Under the pieces are notes generated by a model. That model was not told the DNA's origin, searched no databases, and worked only from the letters and a program-made list of their open reading frames with translations. Below are positions 12,965 to 25,149 of a stretch of DNA of 64,000 bases, in pieces. The DNA lies in assembly GCA_002269645.1 (NCBI GenBank), contig NIVC01002054.1, forward strand, positions 1 to 64,000, given 5' to 3'. This DNA is from Macrostomum lignano (Eukaryota). The position numbers and the translations under genes are program-made. The stretch's first letter is position 1. Every line of letters begins with the position of its first letter.

Positions 12965-13372
12965 GTGGGCGACTACCGCACAATCCCAGCTGCTCAAGAC
13001 CCCGACTCTAGACGCAACTCAGTCCAGCGCTACGAAATTTTGCCACCAAAACCTGCGGAATTCGACTTGGAACTGCACGAGACTGCGTCTTCTACAGGCG
13101 CTGGGTCTTCTTCTGCGGCTGTTGCTGCTTCTAGTGGCAGCCTTGAAGTAGGCGGAGCAGCTCCGCTGCGGTTGTACCTTCGTCACCGTCTAGACCGGGA
13201 GTCGAGGGACATCTACCGGATGCAAATTGCCGCATTCGATGGTGGCTTCCCGACCCTCAACGGAACCGTGTGGCTGGTGGTCCGAGTTGCCGACGAGAAC
13301 GACGAACGGCCGACGTTTGAAAAGCAGCAGTACGAGGCCAGCGTGGAGGAGAGCGCGAGTCCGGGGACTGAG
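12965..13372 (+). CDS. Pcdh: Protocadherin exon 2 (EC2 and start of EC3)
   Basis: ACAG acceptor; AQDPD, LDRE, AFDGG, DENDERP motifs; GT donor at 13373; phase 0-0. Confidence 0.92.
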
Positions 13373-13652
13373 GTTTGTTGAGCAGATTTCTGCTCTCTCT
13401 CTCTCTAGATATCTTTAGAGATGACTGAAGTGCTGACCTAGAGATGTCAAAGAGATGGCTTTAGAAGATCAAGGATATCAGAGTGTGATGGCAGAGCAGA
13501 AAATTACTGACGTCGTTTGGTTGTCAAAAGGAGAGGGCCCTCTCTAGGAAGACCCTGGATTAGCCTAAAAGGTCAAGGACACAAAAGTGATTACAGGATC
13601 ATGGATTCCTCTAAAACCATAGCTTTTTCTAACCTGTCATCAACTCCTACAG

Positions 13653-14033
13653 ATACTGCGACTGAAAGCAACAGATCGAGACGCCGGTCCAAACGGTCAA
13701 GTAGTCTACTCGATACCCGCATTCGCACCTGCACGCATCAGGTCGCTGTTCTCAGTCGACTCGGACACTGGCATCCTTCGCTTAGTCGGATCGCTGGACT
13801 TTGAACGGCAGCGCGAGTACCGCGTGACCGTGGTGGCTCAGGATCTAGGTGGCGGCTCAGCTCGCCAGAGTGACACGCAGGTGTTAATTTGTTTGATTGA
13901 CGTCAACGATGAGAAGCCGGTGATTGTGCTCAACAGCGAGACGGATCGACTGAGCGTGGCGGAGAATGAACCGGCTAAAAAGACGGTTACTCTGATGACT
14001 GTAACGGACAGTGACTCTGGCGTTAATGGGCAG
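13653..14033 (+). CDS. Pcdh: Protocadherin exon 3 (EC3 and start of EC4)
   Basis: TACAG acceptor; ILRLKATDRDAGPNGQVVY...LDFE...DVNDEKP...TDSDSGVNGQ; GTGCGT donor; phase 0-0. Only its 3' half appears in the ORF track. Confidence 0.92.
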
Positions 14034-14555
14034 GTGCGTGCGCTGCTGGGTGGTAATTTTTAACATGCTGTTTGAGTACTCTATGATAATGGAGAACCGA
14101 AGTGAAGGACCATCGTCCATGTGTTTCAACAGAAGTCTAAAATATCAAGGACTTTTTGAACATTTGAAGATCAAGTATATAAACTTAATAGAACCAGAAG
14201 ATCAATCGTTTAACCTACATGTAAGTAAGGTCACGTGATCAAGGACATCTAATTTAACTCAAAAGATCAAATATGTAGTGTATAAAAAACTCTATAGATC
14301 ATTGTTGTAGATACGAGAAGATCAAGGATGTAAACTTGATAAGCTCCAAGAGATTAAATATCAAGCTTAATAGACTCCAGAAAAGCTAGAATATAAGACG
14401 ATAGAAGATCAACAATTTCAGTTTGTAGCGTCCAGAAAGTCAAGGATGTAACTTTTTAGACCTTAACATATCCAGGATTTGAATTAAAACATTGTAACAT
14501 TAAGGTGACGCAAATTGAGAAAATAAAAACAAATGTGTTCTGATCCATCTTCAAG

Positions 14556-15144
14556 GTCGACTGTTCCCTAACCAACCACCTGGACAAGTTCTCCCTAGAG
14601 CAACTCAGCTCGAAAAGCGGTTCAGCTCACTACAACCTTGTCACCGCGAGATCGTTAGATCGGGAGACCGACTCGCCAACAGCCGGATCAATTCAACTCA
14701 CCGTTCGATGCGTCGACCTGGGCCATCCGCAGAACACAGCTGAGCTCACCGTTCCCGTTGACGTACTCGATCGTAACGACAATGTGCCGATGTTCGCCAT
14801 GGCGGCTTATCATTTTCGAGTGAACGAACGCACTCAGCCGGGCACTGCAGTGTTCGCTCTGACTGTTGAAGACCGAGACGAAGGTAAAAATAGCCGACTG
14901 ACGTTCTGGCTAAACGGCACGACCATGTTCAGCATCGGGTCAGACAGCGGTCAAGCGACGCTGATTCAACGTCTCGATCGGGAGCGTCAGGATCGGCACA
15001 AGTTCGTGGCCGGAGTCAGGGATCAGGGAGAGCCGTCATTGAGCAGCACGGCAACTGTTATAGTGCTGGTTGAAGGCGACAACAACCACGGTCCCTTTGT
15101 GCGGGACAGATTCCACTTCCGGGTCATGGAGGATGCCGTTGTTG
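14556..15144 (+). CDS. Pcdh: Protocadherin exon 4 (EC4, EC5)
   Basis: TCAAG acceptor; VDCSL...LDRE...DRNDNVP...EDRDEGKN...LDRE...GDNNHGP; GTGAGA donor at 15145; phase 0-1. Confidence 0.92.
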
Positions 15145-15892
15145 GTGAGACATCGGTGTGCTTAAAGGGTTGTTTTTCCATATATATAGCGTCTGACAAG
15201 TGTCTGACAAGATCTAGTGACATACATGTAGAAAGTATGTGACTGACAAGATCGGAAACGACAATCAAAGTGCCTTGCTGACAAGACTTGAAAAAATGAA
15301 TTGATAGAAAAAACACACTTGCTCACAGTTCTCCTCCTCTTTAACGATTTCCTCATAAACAAATTTATTTAACGCTTTTTTCTTTGAGCAGATTTTAATT
15401 ATTAAAACTTACCCTGGGGCGCAGAACAATTTAATCGATAAATTTAGCCAAAGAAGACTTCACAAAAGATCCAGGCAGGTGCAAGGAAAATTGCAAAAAC
15501 AATTTAATCAGAACAGCGCCAACCATTGTTTCACAGAAGCCGCTGTTTAACCAGCAGGCGGAGCTGCTGAGGGTTTGAAAATCAATTCGGCAAACAGGCG
15601 GAAGCAGGCTCTTGGAAACACGGCAAATCACGAGGCTCTGCACGCCTCTCGCTAGTTTTAAACTAGTTCGATCGAGTAAAATCGAAGATTATTAAGCCGT
15701 CAATCAACCATTTCTTGGTTCTGCACGGCTAAGGCCAACATATGGCCTTAGCCTTGGTTAAGGCAACATAATGGCAGTGGCGACGGATAGACACTCATTT
15801 TCCAGGGATGACTTTGTGGTGAATTAAGCTAATGTAGATAGCAAAGTGATAATTTATGACGATCCCGGATGTTAGAGTGATGGCTCTAGAAA

Positions 15893-16410
15893 TTCCCGGA
15901 TGTCACAGTGACGACTCTTAGAAGAAGATCATTGATGTCACAGTGACGACTCTTAGAAGAAGATCATTGATGTCACAGTGATGACTCTTAGAAGATCACG
16001 GATGTCGGAGTAATGACTCTGTAGGATCACGGATGTCACTGTGATGGCTCCAGAAGATCCCGGATATCCCATTGATGGCTCCAGAAGATCCCGGATATCC
16101 CATTGATGGCTCCAGAAGATCCCGGATATCCCATTGATGGCTCCAGAAGATCCCGGATATCCCATTGATGGCTCCAGAAGATCCCGGATATCCCATTGAT
16201 GGCTCCAGAAGATCCCGGATATCCCATTGATGGCTCCAGAAGATCCCGGATATCCCATTGATGGCTCCAGAAGATCCCGGATATTAAAGTGATGACTTTT
16301 AGAAGATCGCGGATGTCAGATTAATGATCCCGGATGTCACAGTGATGACTCTCAAAAAATCACGGATGTCAGAGTAATGGCTCTAGAAGATTCCGGATGT
16401 CACAGTGATG
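15893..16410. repeat. 31-bp minisatellite GATGGCTCCAGAAGATCCCGGATATCCCATT (~8 clean copies, 16043-16284) with degenerate flanks
   Basis: Direct tandem copies in Pcdh intron 4. Confidence 0.92.
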
Positions 16411-17340
16411 ACTCTAGAAGTTAATATGACTGCTGAGCACCCCAAGCCTTCTAAGCGGTCATTTCTTGTGGCTCTGCACGGCTCAAAAGTGAATCTGAAC
16501 TTGCGCATCCGCAGCTTTAGACTACAGAAATAGATTTGACGCAAAATACAAGGGTAATAAAACATGACCCCCCAAGGTAAAATTGTAGCTTGTAGGCAGA
16601 AAAAGGATCACCCTTCCATAAGGAATTCCTGTCGACGACAAAACATTGATGATGCTGCTGCTGCGGACCCCTCACGCTAGCCAGATGTCGCTGGGCAGAG
16701 GCCGGGGCAGTAATAATGCAGTACCGCCAGCCTCCCCAACCTCCCGGTGGGGGTGGCGGTGCTGGGCGTATAAGTTTTATGGCCAAACTTCAGAACAGGG
16801 TTTTGATGTGTGAGACGCTGGCGCTGCCGCATGTATCAAGGCGTGTCGCATTGCTGTGAATCCCCCAAAAAAACAACGACAGACCCTCTCTTAACTACAG
16901 CACGCACCCGCTCCATATCTCTATCCGTGCCTGCACCCTCACCGCATGCAGGAATGCTGCATAAATCTTCCCTAAGCAATGTTTTTTGTCTCTCTGTATA
17001 GATGTAGATGTCTCTAGGACTTGACCCGCGCGCGTTAGAACAGCAACATGAAACCAAACTGATGTAGGAAGCTGTAGGCTTACAGTATACGGTGCTGCGA
17101 CCATGGGACGCAAAGATCGTGTCGTGAGCTAACACGAGGTGCATCTGTCAGGCGATTGTGTTTAGTATAGTTTGCGCTTTTTTAGGAGACTGCGGCGGCG
17201 GCGGCGGCCGGCTCATTCTCGGTGCGTCATCCCCAGCTCCCGTAGTTTATGACGCCAGCTGGCGCACTCTGATAGCCTGTTAATTCTGCCGTCCCTAATC
17301 CTGATTTTCGGCCATTGTCATTCCCACTCTCCTGTTTTAA

Positions 17341-18000
17341 TTCTCTTGTCCTGACTCTCAGTCTGGATTTGTCATCTTCTGACTCTCTCAGTCTGGATTT
17401 CTCATCTCCTGACTCTCTCAGACTGGATTTGACATCTCCTGACTCTCTCAGTCTGGATTTGTCATCTCCTGACTCTCTCAGTCTGGATTTGACATCCCCT
17501 GACTCTCTCAGTCTGGATTTGTCATCTTCTGACTCTCTCAGTCTGGATTTGTCATCTTCTGACTCTCTCAGTCTGGATTTGTCATCTTCTGACTCTCTCA
17601 GTCTGGATTTGTCATCTCCTGACTCTCTCAGTCTGGATTTGTCATCTTCTGACTCTCTCAGTCTGGATTTGTCATCTTCTGACTCTCTCAGTCTGGATTT
17701 GTCATCTTCTGACTCTCTCAGTCTGGATTTGTCATCTTCTGACTCTCTCAGTCTGGATTTGTCCTCTTCTGACTCTCTCAGTCTGGATTTCACATCTCCT
17801 GACTCTCTCAGTCTAAATCTGTCATCTCCTGACTCTCTTAGTCGTCTGAATTTGAATTCTCCTGACTCTTTCAGTCTGGATTTGTTATCTCCTGACTCTC
17901 AGTCGAAATTTGACATCTCCTGACTCCCTTAGTCTGGATTTGACATCTCCTGACTCTCTCAGTCTGGATTTGACATCTCCTGACTCTCTCAGTCTGGATT
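17341..18000. repeat. 30-bp minisatellite GACTCTCTCAGTCTGGATTTGTCATCT(T/C)CT
   Basis: Tandem copies; produces the SRLRESEDDK and SLSLDLSSSD ORFs. Confidence 0.94.
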
Positions 18001-19354
18001 TTGATTGTTGCGTCAGTGGTTGTTGTAGGAAGATGTCACCGAAGGGCGAAGGTGTTATGTCAGGTTGTCCGTAGCCCTCCTACTTCGAGTATGATATTTA
18101 TAATTCTAAGGCGGTATATTTCGATTTGAAATTATTCGATCCCATAGTCCCAGTGATCAGCAGAGAGGTGTGGAAAGATCCTGGGATCTAGCAGATCTGG
18201 TTTCCCCCAATTCCAAGTTTCGTTCGATATGCCAAGCAAAAGCAAAGAAAAAGCTCCAGAAAAAGACGGAGAAGCCAACGTACTCTGAGTTGCGCTACAC
18301 AAAGTAGTCGCTAAGCCACCGTTTCATATTTCCCGGCAGGATTTCTTCTTACACCTGACTAATACTCCAGTATCGTAATCCAGCCGAGACGAGAGCTGGG
18401 ACTAGCTATCGCTAAGTTGAGTTTTGAGCACTTTGTTCAAACTTCTAACTGCTGCTGTGTTGAGTCCTGCAACTGTCCAGCTACATCAGCTCGGCCATCC
18501 GTCAGAGAGTCGGAAGGGAAAGCAGAGAGAGAGCGAGAGAGAAAGATGAAGTCTGCCTACTCACGGCAGGTGCAACTCACCAGTTTGAGGGCTCTTTGCT
18601 GTTTTAACCTTCCACCCTCTTCCCCATCTCCCAACTCTCTTCAACTCTCTCCATTTTCGCCCTCCTGCACACCAGCCTCCTTCCGTGAGCATTGATTAAG
18701 ATAGATATTGGTAAGCTTGTAAAAACACGTGGTAAATGCATATGCATTGGATGTATAAAATATATTTTTTTCACGGTCAAACGGGTATCAACATCTCTCT
18801 CTACCCTTTTTGAAAAAAGACTCAACGCACTAAGGGTAATAGGATTAGCTGTAGTTTTTCATCAGAGCCGCATGGCTACAGAGCTGCTCAGTGATCCGAA
18901 TGTGAGAGCCCCCGCCACTCAAGCTACTCAACCCTATAACAGAGAGCTGAGAGCCGCCTGCCCCTAGATGGCCGGTAACCGGGCATTAAAGAGATTGCCG
19001 ACAGCGCCGTCTGTTTCAAAGGGGGGCCTTTTGCTTTTTCTCTCTCTGTCTAATTTGAGCCCCTTGATGGCGTATTACTTGCGCATAAAATGCTGCAGGA
19101 ATGGTGAGACCGGTTCGAGGTGAGGTTATGACACACCTAAGTGTTAACTGTTTAGAAGAATTAACTGCCATAATTACTTTTTTGTCGTTAAATTTTCGGA
19201 TTTCCTTTTTTCGGGGAATATGTCTTCAGGATATCACTCTTCCTCTTTCTTACTCTGTATAATTTGTCTACCTAAATCTCTCATATTCCCTCTACTTATC
19301 TTCTACTTCTTAACCTTCACCCCGCCATCCCTTGCAACTCATCCCGCAGCTCCT

Positions 19355-20110
19355 TACCCCTCACGCTTCTACTCCTTACCCCTCACCCCTTACCCCTCAC
19401 CCCTTACCCCTCACCCCTTACCCCTTACCTCTCACCCCGTCACCACTTACCTCTCACCCTGTCACCCCTTACCCCTCACCCCTCACCCGCCACCCCTTAC
19501 CCCTCACCCGCCACCCCTTACCCCTCACCCCGCCACCCCTTACCCTCACCCGCCACCCCTTACCCCTCACCCGCCACCCCTTACCCCTCACCCCGCCACC
19601 CCTTACCCCTCACCCGCCACCCCTTACCCTCACCCCGCCACCCCTTACCCCTCACCCCGCCACCCCTTACCCCTCCCGCTTCTACCCCTTACCCCTCACC
19701 CCGCCACCCCTTACCCGCGTCTACCCCTTACCCCTCACGCTTCTACCCCTTACCCCTCACGCGTCTACCCCTTACCCCTCACGCTTCTACCCCTTACCCC
19801 TCACGCTTCTACCCCTTACCCCTCACGCGTCTACCCCTTACCCCTCACGCTTCTACCCCTTACCCCTCACGCTTCTACCCCTTACCCCTCACGCTTCTAC
19901 CCCTTACCCCTCACGCTTCTACCCCTTACCCCTCACCCCTCCACTCCTTACCCCTCACGCCTCTACCCCTTACCCTTCACCCCGCCACTCCTTACCCCAC
20001 ACCCCTCTACCCCTTACCCCTCACGCCTCTACCCATTACCCTTCACCCCGCCACATCTTACCCCTCACGGCTCTACCCATTACCCCTCACCCCGCCACAT
20101 CTTACCCCTC
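19355..20110. repeat. C-rich minisatellite (CCCCTTACCCCTCAC; 22-bp CACGCTTCTACCCCTTACCCCT)
   Basis: Tandem C-runs; the minus strand has repeated GGGG tracts. Confidence 0.9.
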
Positions 20111-20902
20111 ATCCCTCCTCTACACCTCTGCCACCCTCATACCCCTTTCTTACTTCTCTATTCTTCCTCTCGCACCCTCTGCCTCTCTTCTTTCTCTTTC
20201 TCTTCACTCTAGCCCCAGTTTCTTCTCTCTTCTCCCCTTCCCCAGGTTCTCATATCCCCGTACTGCTTCCAGGGAGCTCAGACTCAGCGCCAAGGCTGCC
20301 TGCCAGCCGGAGAAAAATGAAATTCTGTCAATCATATATTTCGGCAAAAGATGCGGCAGCTGTGAGGTCAGCCTGTCAAGCCTCTCAGCTGGGCCAACCA
20401 GTTTTCATCAATCATCTATCGGCAGACATAGGGGGAAGTGAAACTCCCAGCCTCCAGCCTCATCAGTTTAATCCCCATAACACACTTGCTCTACGTTTAC
20501 CACCCTGCAGAGCTCATCTGTTTTTCCCCAGTGATGGAGCTTAGTTTTAAATTTGATACACAGGCATTCGATTAGTGCAGCGAAATTAAATTTAATTTCT
20601 TCCTCACACACTTTAGAGAGACAAATTTGCAAAAAAACTTTGTAGGAGAATTTTCAGACAGACAAAAATGAGAAAAAATAAACGCATTCTCTGATGAAGA
20701 TATATCGGACCAAATGTTAGACAGATATTAATTATATAAGATTAAACACTGATAAGCTACGTCAATCAAATAGATTAATAGGCAAATAATTAGCTAATCA
20801 ATATTCAGTTTTATACGACATTGAATTTTATGATGATTTAGAATTATTTACCGTTGATAAATCCCAATAAGTTATTGTATATCCTTCTTAATCCCTGACT
20901 GG

Positions 20903-21026
20903 TCAGGTGACCCACCAATTAATCAGGTGACTCACCAATTAATCAGGTGACTCACTAATTAATCAGGTGACTCACTAACTAATCAGGTGACTCACTAACT
21001 AATCAGGTGACTCACTAACTAATCAG
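20903..21026. repeat. 20-bp minisatellite AATCAGGTGACTCACTAACT (~6 copies)
   Basis: Tandem copies ending ~27 nt before the exon 5 acceptor. Confidence 0.9.
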
Positions 21027-21053
21027 GGACGTACAAACTAAAATCACCTGAAG

Positions 21054-21905
21054 GTCACGTGATCGGTCGCATCAACGCCACCGTCGCCGAACAGATCGAT
21101 TCGAGCCGCCTTAGCTACCGCATAGCAACCGAGTCAAGCGACACATCCGAAATTTTTCGCCTGTTCCGCTTGGATGATCGAGACGGCCGCTTGACTCTGG
21201 CGGCCCAACTGGACCGCGAGCTCCGCGCCAAGCACCAGTTCCTCGTCGATGTCCTCGATGCCCGAGATCGTCGGGCGACCACAGAAGTCGTCGTCGAAGT
21301 CGACGATGTGAACGACTGCCGGCCAAGGTTCGTCTATCCGTCCGCTGGCAACAGCAGCCTTCGGATTCGACCAAATATTCGAGTGTCGAGCTCGGTTGCC
21401 ACCCTACTGGCCGTCGACGCCGACGATCCCAAGGCTGGTTCCCATGGCAACGGCAAGGTTCGCTATTCGATTCTGTCTCCGCCGGAGGAGACACTACCGT
21501 TCCACCTGGACGCGGACACCGGACACCTCGTGCTGGTGCGGCCGCTGCCACCCAGTCTCCTGTCTGGCCGGCCGCTCAATCTGCGGATTCGAGCTCGGGA
21601 CGGCGGTACGCCGGCTTTAGAATCGACGGAAACTCTGACGGTGACGGTGTCGACAGACGCGGAGGCGGCGGCTGCGGCGTCGGACAGTTCAACTACGTCT
21701 GTCATCGACGCTCCGTCGAAATTGTGGCCGACAAAAGTTGGCGGCGGCGGCGACAGAGCCGAAGGCGCCGGGAGCGGCGGGAGCGGCGGCGGTGGCAGCT
21801 CCGACAGCTTGCTGATTGCCGCTGGCCTGGCGTCGGTCACGTGCGCCTTCGTGCTCATACTGGGCCTCGGAGTGGGCGCGATCGTGTGTAGGAGGCGCTG
21901 CTTGG
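21054..21905 (+). CDS. Pcdh: Protocadherin exon 5 (EC6, EC7, Gly/Ser stalk, transmembrane helix)
   Basis: GAAG acceptor, phase 1 matching exon 4; LDRE, DVNDCRP, AVDADD, RDGGTP; TM LLIAAGLASVTCAFVLILGLGVGAIVC followed by RRR; GTGAGT donor at 21906. Confidence 0.92.
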
Positions 21906-21964
21906 GTGAGTGAGAGAGCGGATGTACTTGTTGGAGTGGAGAAGGGAGAAGGAGTGAGATAAGC

Positions 21965-22385
21965 AGACAGGTGAGGAGGGAAGTAGACTGGGAAGAGAGA
22001 AGTAGACAGATGGAGAGAGAAGTAGACAGATGGAGAGAGAAGTAGACAGGGGAGAGAGAAGTAGACAGGGGAGAGAGAAGTAGACAGGTGAGAGAGAAGT
22101 AGACAGGGGAGAGAGAAGTAGACAGGGGAGAGAGAAGTAGACAGGTGAGAGAGAAGTAGACAGGGGAGAGAGAAGTAGACAGGGGAGAGAGAAGTAGACA
22201 GGGGAGAGAGAAGTAGACAGGTGAGAGAGAAGTAGACAGGGGAGAGAGAAGTAGACAGGGGAGAGAGAAGTAGACAGGTGAGAGAGAAGTAGACAGGTGA
22301 GAGAGAAGTAGACAGGTGAGAGAGAAGTAGACAGGGGAGAGAGAAGTAGACGGGGAGAGAGTAGATAGAGAGAGAGAAAGAGACA
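21965..22385. repeat. 20-bp minisatellite GAGAGAGAAGTAGACAGG(G/T)G
   Basis: Tandem copies beginning ~60 nt after the exon 5 donor. Confidence 0.94.
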
Positions 22386-22709
22386 GGTGGGGTGAGAGAA
22401 GTGGCGAGACGGAAAGAAACGAGAAAGAAAAAATTGTTAATTTTTTTTAGACAAAAGAATAAACTTTGTTTAGGTTTTAGGTAGAAATTTTTATTTGATC
22501 TGCTTTAATACGACAGAAGCAGATTAGCCTTTGTAACTCAAATTTAGTTGGATTTATTATTGTTTTTCCTGCTAAGCAAAGAGCGCTCTGGCATCGATGA
22601 ACCGGTCAAAATATATTTAATTCACCCAGTTAACATTAGTCATGGCAGTTTTCAACAAGCCATTGAAATCATCTGGGGTTTGGTAACCATCTAATGTAAA
22701 ACTGTCTGC

Positions 22710-23790
22710 ATTTAAGAGTTTGGCGCCTCAAGCATCTAAGAGTTTGGCGCCTCAATCATTAATAAGAGTTTGGCGCCTCAATCATTAATAAGAGTTTGGC
22801 GCCTGAAGCATTAATAAGAGTTTGGCGCCTGAAGCATTAATAAGAGTTTGGCGCCTCAATCATTAATAAAAGTTTGGCGCCTCAATCATTAATAAGAGTT
22901 TGGCGCCTCAATCATTAATAAGAGTTAGGCGCCTAAATCATTAATAAGAGTTTGGCGCCTCAATCATTAATAAGAGTTTGGCGCCTCAAGCATCTAAGAG
23001 TTTGGCGCCTCAAGCATCTAAGAGTTTGGCGCCTCAAGCATCTAAGAGTTTGGCGCCTCAAGCATCTAAGAGTTTGGCGCCTCAAGCATCTAAGAGTTTG
23101 GCGCCTCAAGCATCTAAGAGTTTGGCGCCTCAAGCATCTAAGAGTTTGGCGCCTCAAGCATCTAAGAGTTTGGCGCCTCAAGCATCTAAGAGTTTGGCGC
23201 CTCAAGCATCTAAGAGTTTGGCGCCTCAAGCATCTAAGAGTTTGGCGCCTCAAGCATCTAAGAGTTTGGCGCCTCAAGCATCTAAGAGTTTGGCGCCTCA
23301 AGCATCTAAGAGTTTGGCGCCTCAATCATTAATAAGAGTTCGGCGCCTCAATCATTAATAAGAGTTCGGCGCCTCAATCATTAATAAGAGTTCGGCGCCT
23401 CAATCATTAATAAGAGTTTGGCGCCTCAATCATTAATAAGAGTTCGGCGCCTCAATCATTAATAAGAGTTCGGCGCCTCAATCATTAATAAGAGTTCGGC
23501 GCCTCAATCATTAATAAGAGTTCGGCGCCTCAATCATTAATAAGAGTTTGGCGCCTCAATCATTAATAAGAGTTTGGCGCCTCAATCATCTAAGAGTTTG
23601 GCGCCTCAATCATTAATAAGAGTTTGGCGCCTCAATCATTAATAAGAGTTTGGCGCCTCAATCATTAATAAGAGTTTGGCGCCTCAATCATTAATAAGAG
23701 TTTGGCGCCTCAATCATTAATAAGAGTTTGGCGCCTCAATCATTAATAAGAGTTCGGCGTCTCAAGCATCAAAGAGTTTGGCGCCTCAAG
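22710..23790. repeat. 24/26-bp minisatellite AAGAGTTTGGCGCCTCAA(GCATCT/TCATTAAT)
   Basis: Tandem copies; a central 24-mer block flanked by 26-mer blocks. Confidence 0.96.
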
Positions 23791-24419
23791 CGTTCAAGAC
23801 TTTGACGCATCTGGCACCTCATCAGCGCCGCTGGCAACTATTCCCCAATTAACAGCTGACCGCTAGAACTGCCCCTCACAGTGAAAGCAGTGGCGGATCT
23901 TCTGCAAAAGCCACTTAACTTAACCGTCCCCCACTCCCGCTCTCTCCCCTTTTCTCTTTCATTTTTGGCGCACCCAGAAACAAAAAAACCTGTTTATTTG
24001 ATCAACGCAGTAGCGTGGGGGTGTCCTAACCCCTGACGCACAAAGCCAATAAACTGCTTTTTAGACTTCGCAGAGTGGAGAAGGGAGATAGCATGAAAGG
24101 CAGAACACCACCACCATAACTACCACCACCACACAGTGACAGGGTGGATCCGTAAGCCTTCTGGAATACCGGGACTTGAGAGTGAATAGCTACTATGTGG
24201 TATAAATAGTACATTTATTTATAAGCTTTGCTGTGCTAAAATTAGTGTTAATTTGTACGAGTATAGCTGGACTAATGCTGTGATAAAATAAATGCATGGT
24301 AAAAATGGTATTTTATTCTATCCAGTGGCTACACAGAGGTCAAGAGCACCGCTGATTCATTTTGGTAATTTTGCTAGTAGATATTCTACCAATAGTGCTT
24401 GGGATATTGTCAGAAGGGA

Positions 24420-24790
24420 CGAAATAAGGGGGGAGAGAGAGGGGAAGGGAGAGAGGAACGGAGAGAGGAAGGAAGAGAGGAAGGGAGAGAGGAAGGGAGA
24501 TGAAGGGAGATAGGAAGGGAGAGAGGAAGGGAGAGAGGAAGGGAGAGAGGAAGGGAGAGAGGAAGGGAGAGAGGAAGGGAGAGAGGAAGGGAGAGAGGAA
24601 GGAAGAGAGGAAGGGAGAGAGGAAGGGAGATGAAGGGAGAGAGGAAGGGAGAGAGGAAGGGAGAGAGGAAGGAAGAAAGGAAGGGAGAGAGGAGGGAAGA
24701 TAGAAAGGGCGATGAAGGAAGAGAAGAAGGGAGAGAGAGGGAGAGAGGAAGGTGGAAAGGAGGGGAGAGAGGAAGGGAGGGAGGAAGGGA
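24420..24790. repeat. GA-rich (GAGAGGAAGG)n-like repeat
   Basis: Direct inspection. Confidence 0.9.
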
Positions 24791-25149
24791 GAGTAGTGTG
24801 AGCAACTTTAATAGTCTTGTGCGGAAAGCTGACATAGGCTGAGTGAGGGGACCCTTGTTGCCAGTGAGTCAATGAGTGGCAATGCCAAGTCAGTGACTGA
24901 CAGACACAGGCAGAGGGGAGACTGCTGCCAATGTGCACCCCACCCAGGCATAGTGTGGCAAAGACAATGTTCCTGGGGAAGCATTGGCTACCAGCAGGAA
25001 AAAAAGGCATTGAAAGAGACAGAAAACTTGTTAGTAGAAATTTCGCTTTCAATGTATCATATTTTTTGCACCAGCGCCATTGCTTTTATGAGTTGGGTGT
25101 GCTAATTGCAACCCAGGACCCTTTACTAGTAACCTAATGATTCTTGCGC

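Noticed and set aside
17227-17793. Antisense ORF of SRLRESEDDK repeats as a nested gene in Pcdh intron 4
   Set aside because: It is a 30-bp repeat that is stop-free by composition, starts at a non-ATG codon inside the array, and the opposite strand is equally open.
9841-18148. Exact 16-nt match TATTCGATCCCATAGT at 9841 and 18133 (both read LFDPIV)
   Set aside because: The flanks do not align, and roughly one such 16-mer pair is expected by chance in 64 kb.
18068-18310. Coding-looking frame (PSYFEYDIYNSK...RKRRRSQR) in Pcdh intron 4
   Set aside because: It has an internal stop, no splice signals in phase, and no recognisable motif.
19220-20441. Proline-rich extensin/mucin-like ORFs
   Set aside because: They are a product of the C-rich minisatellite; two frames are open and there is no recognisable domain.
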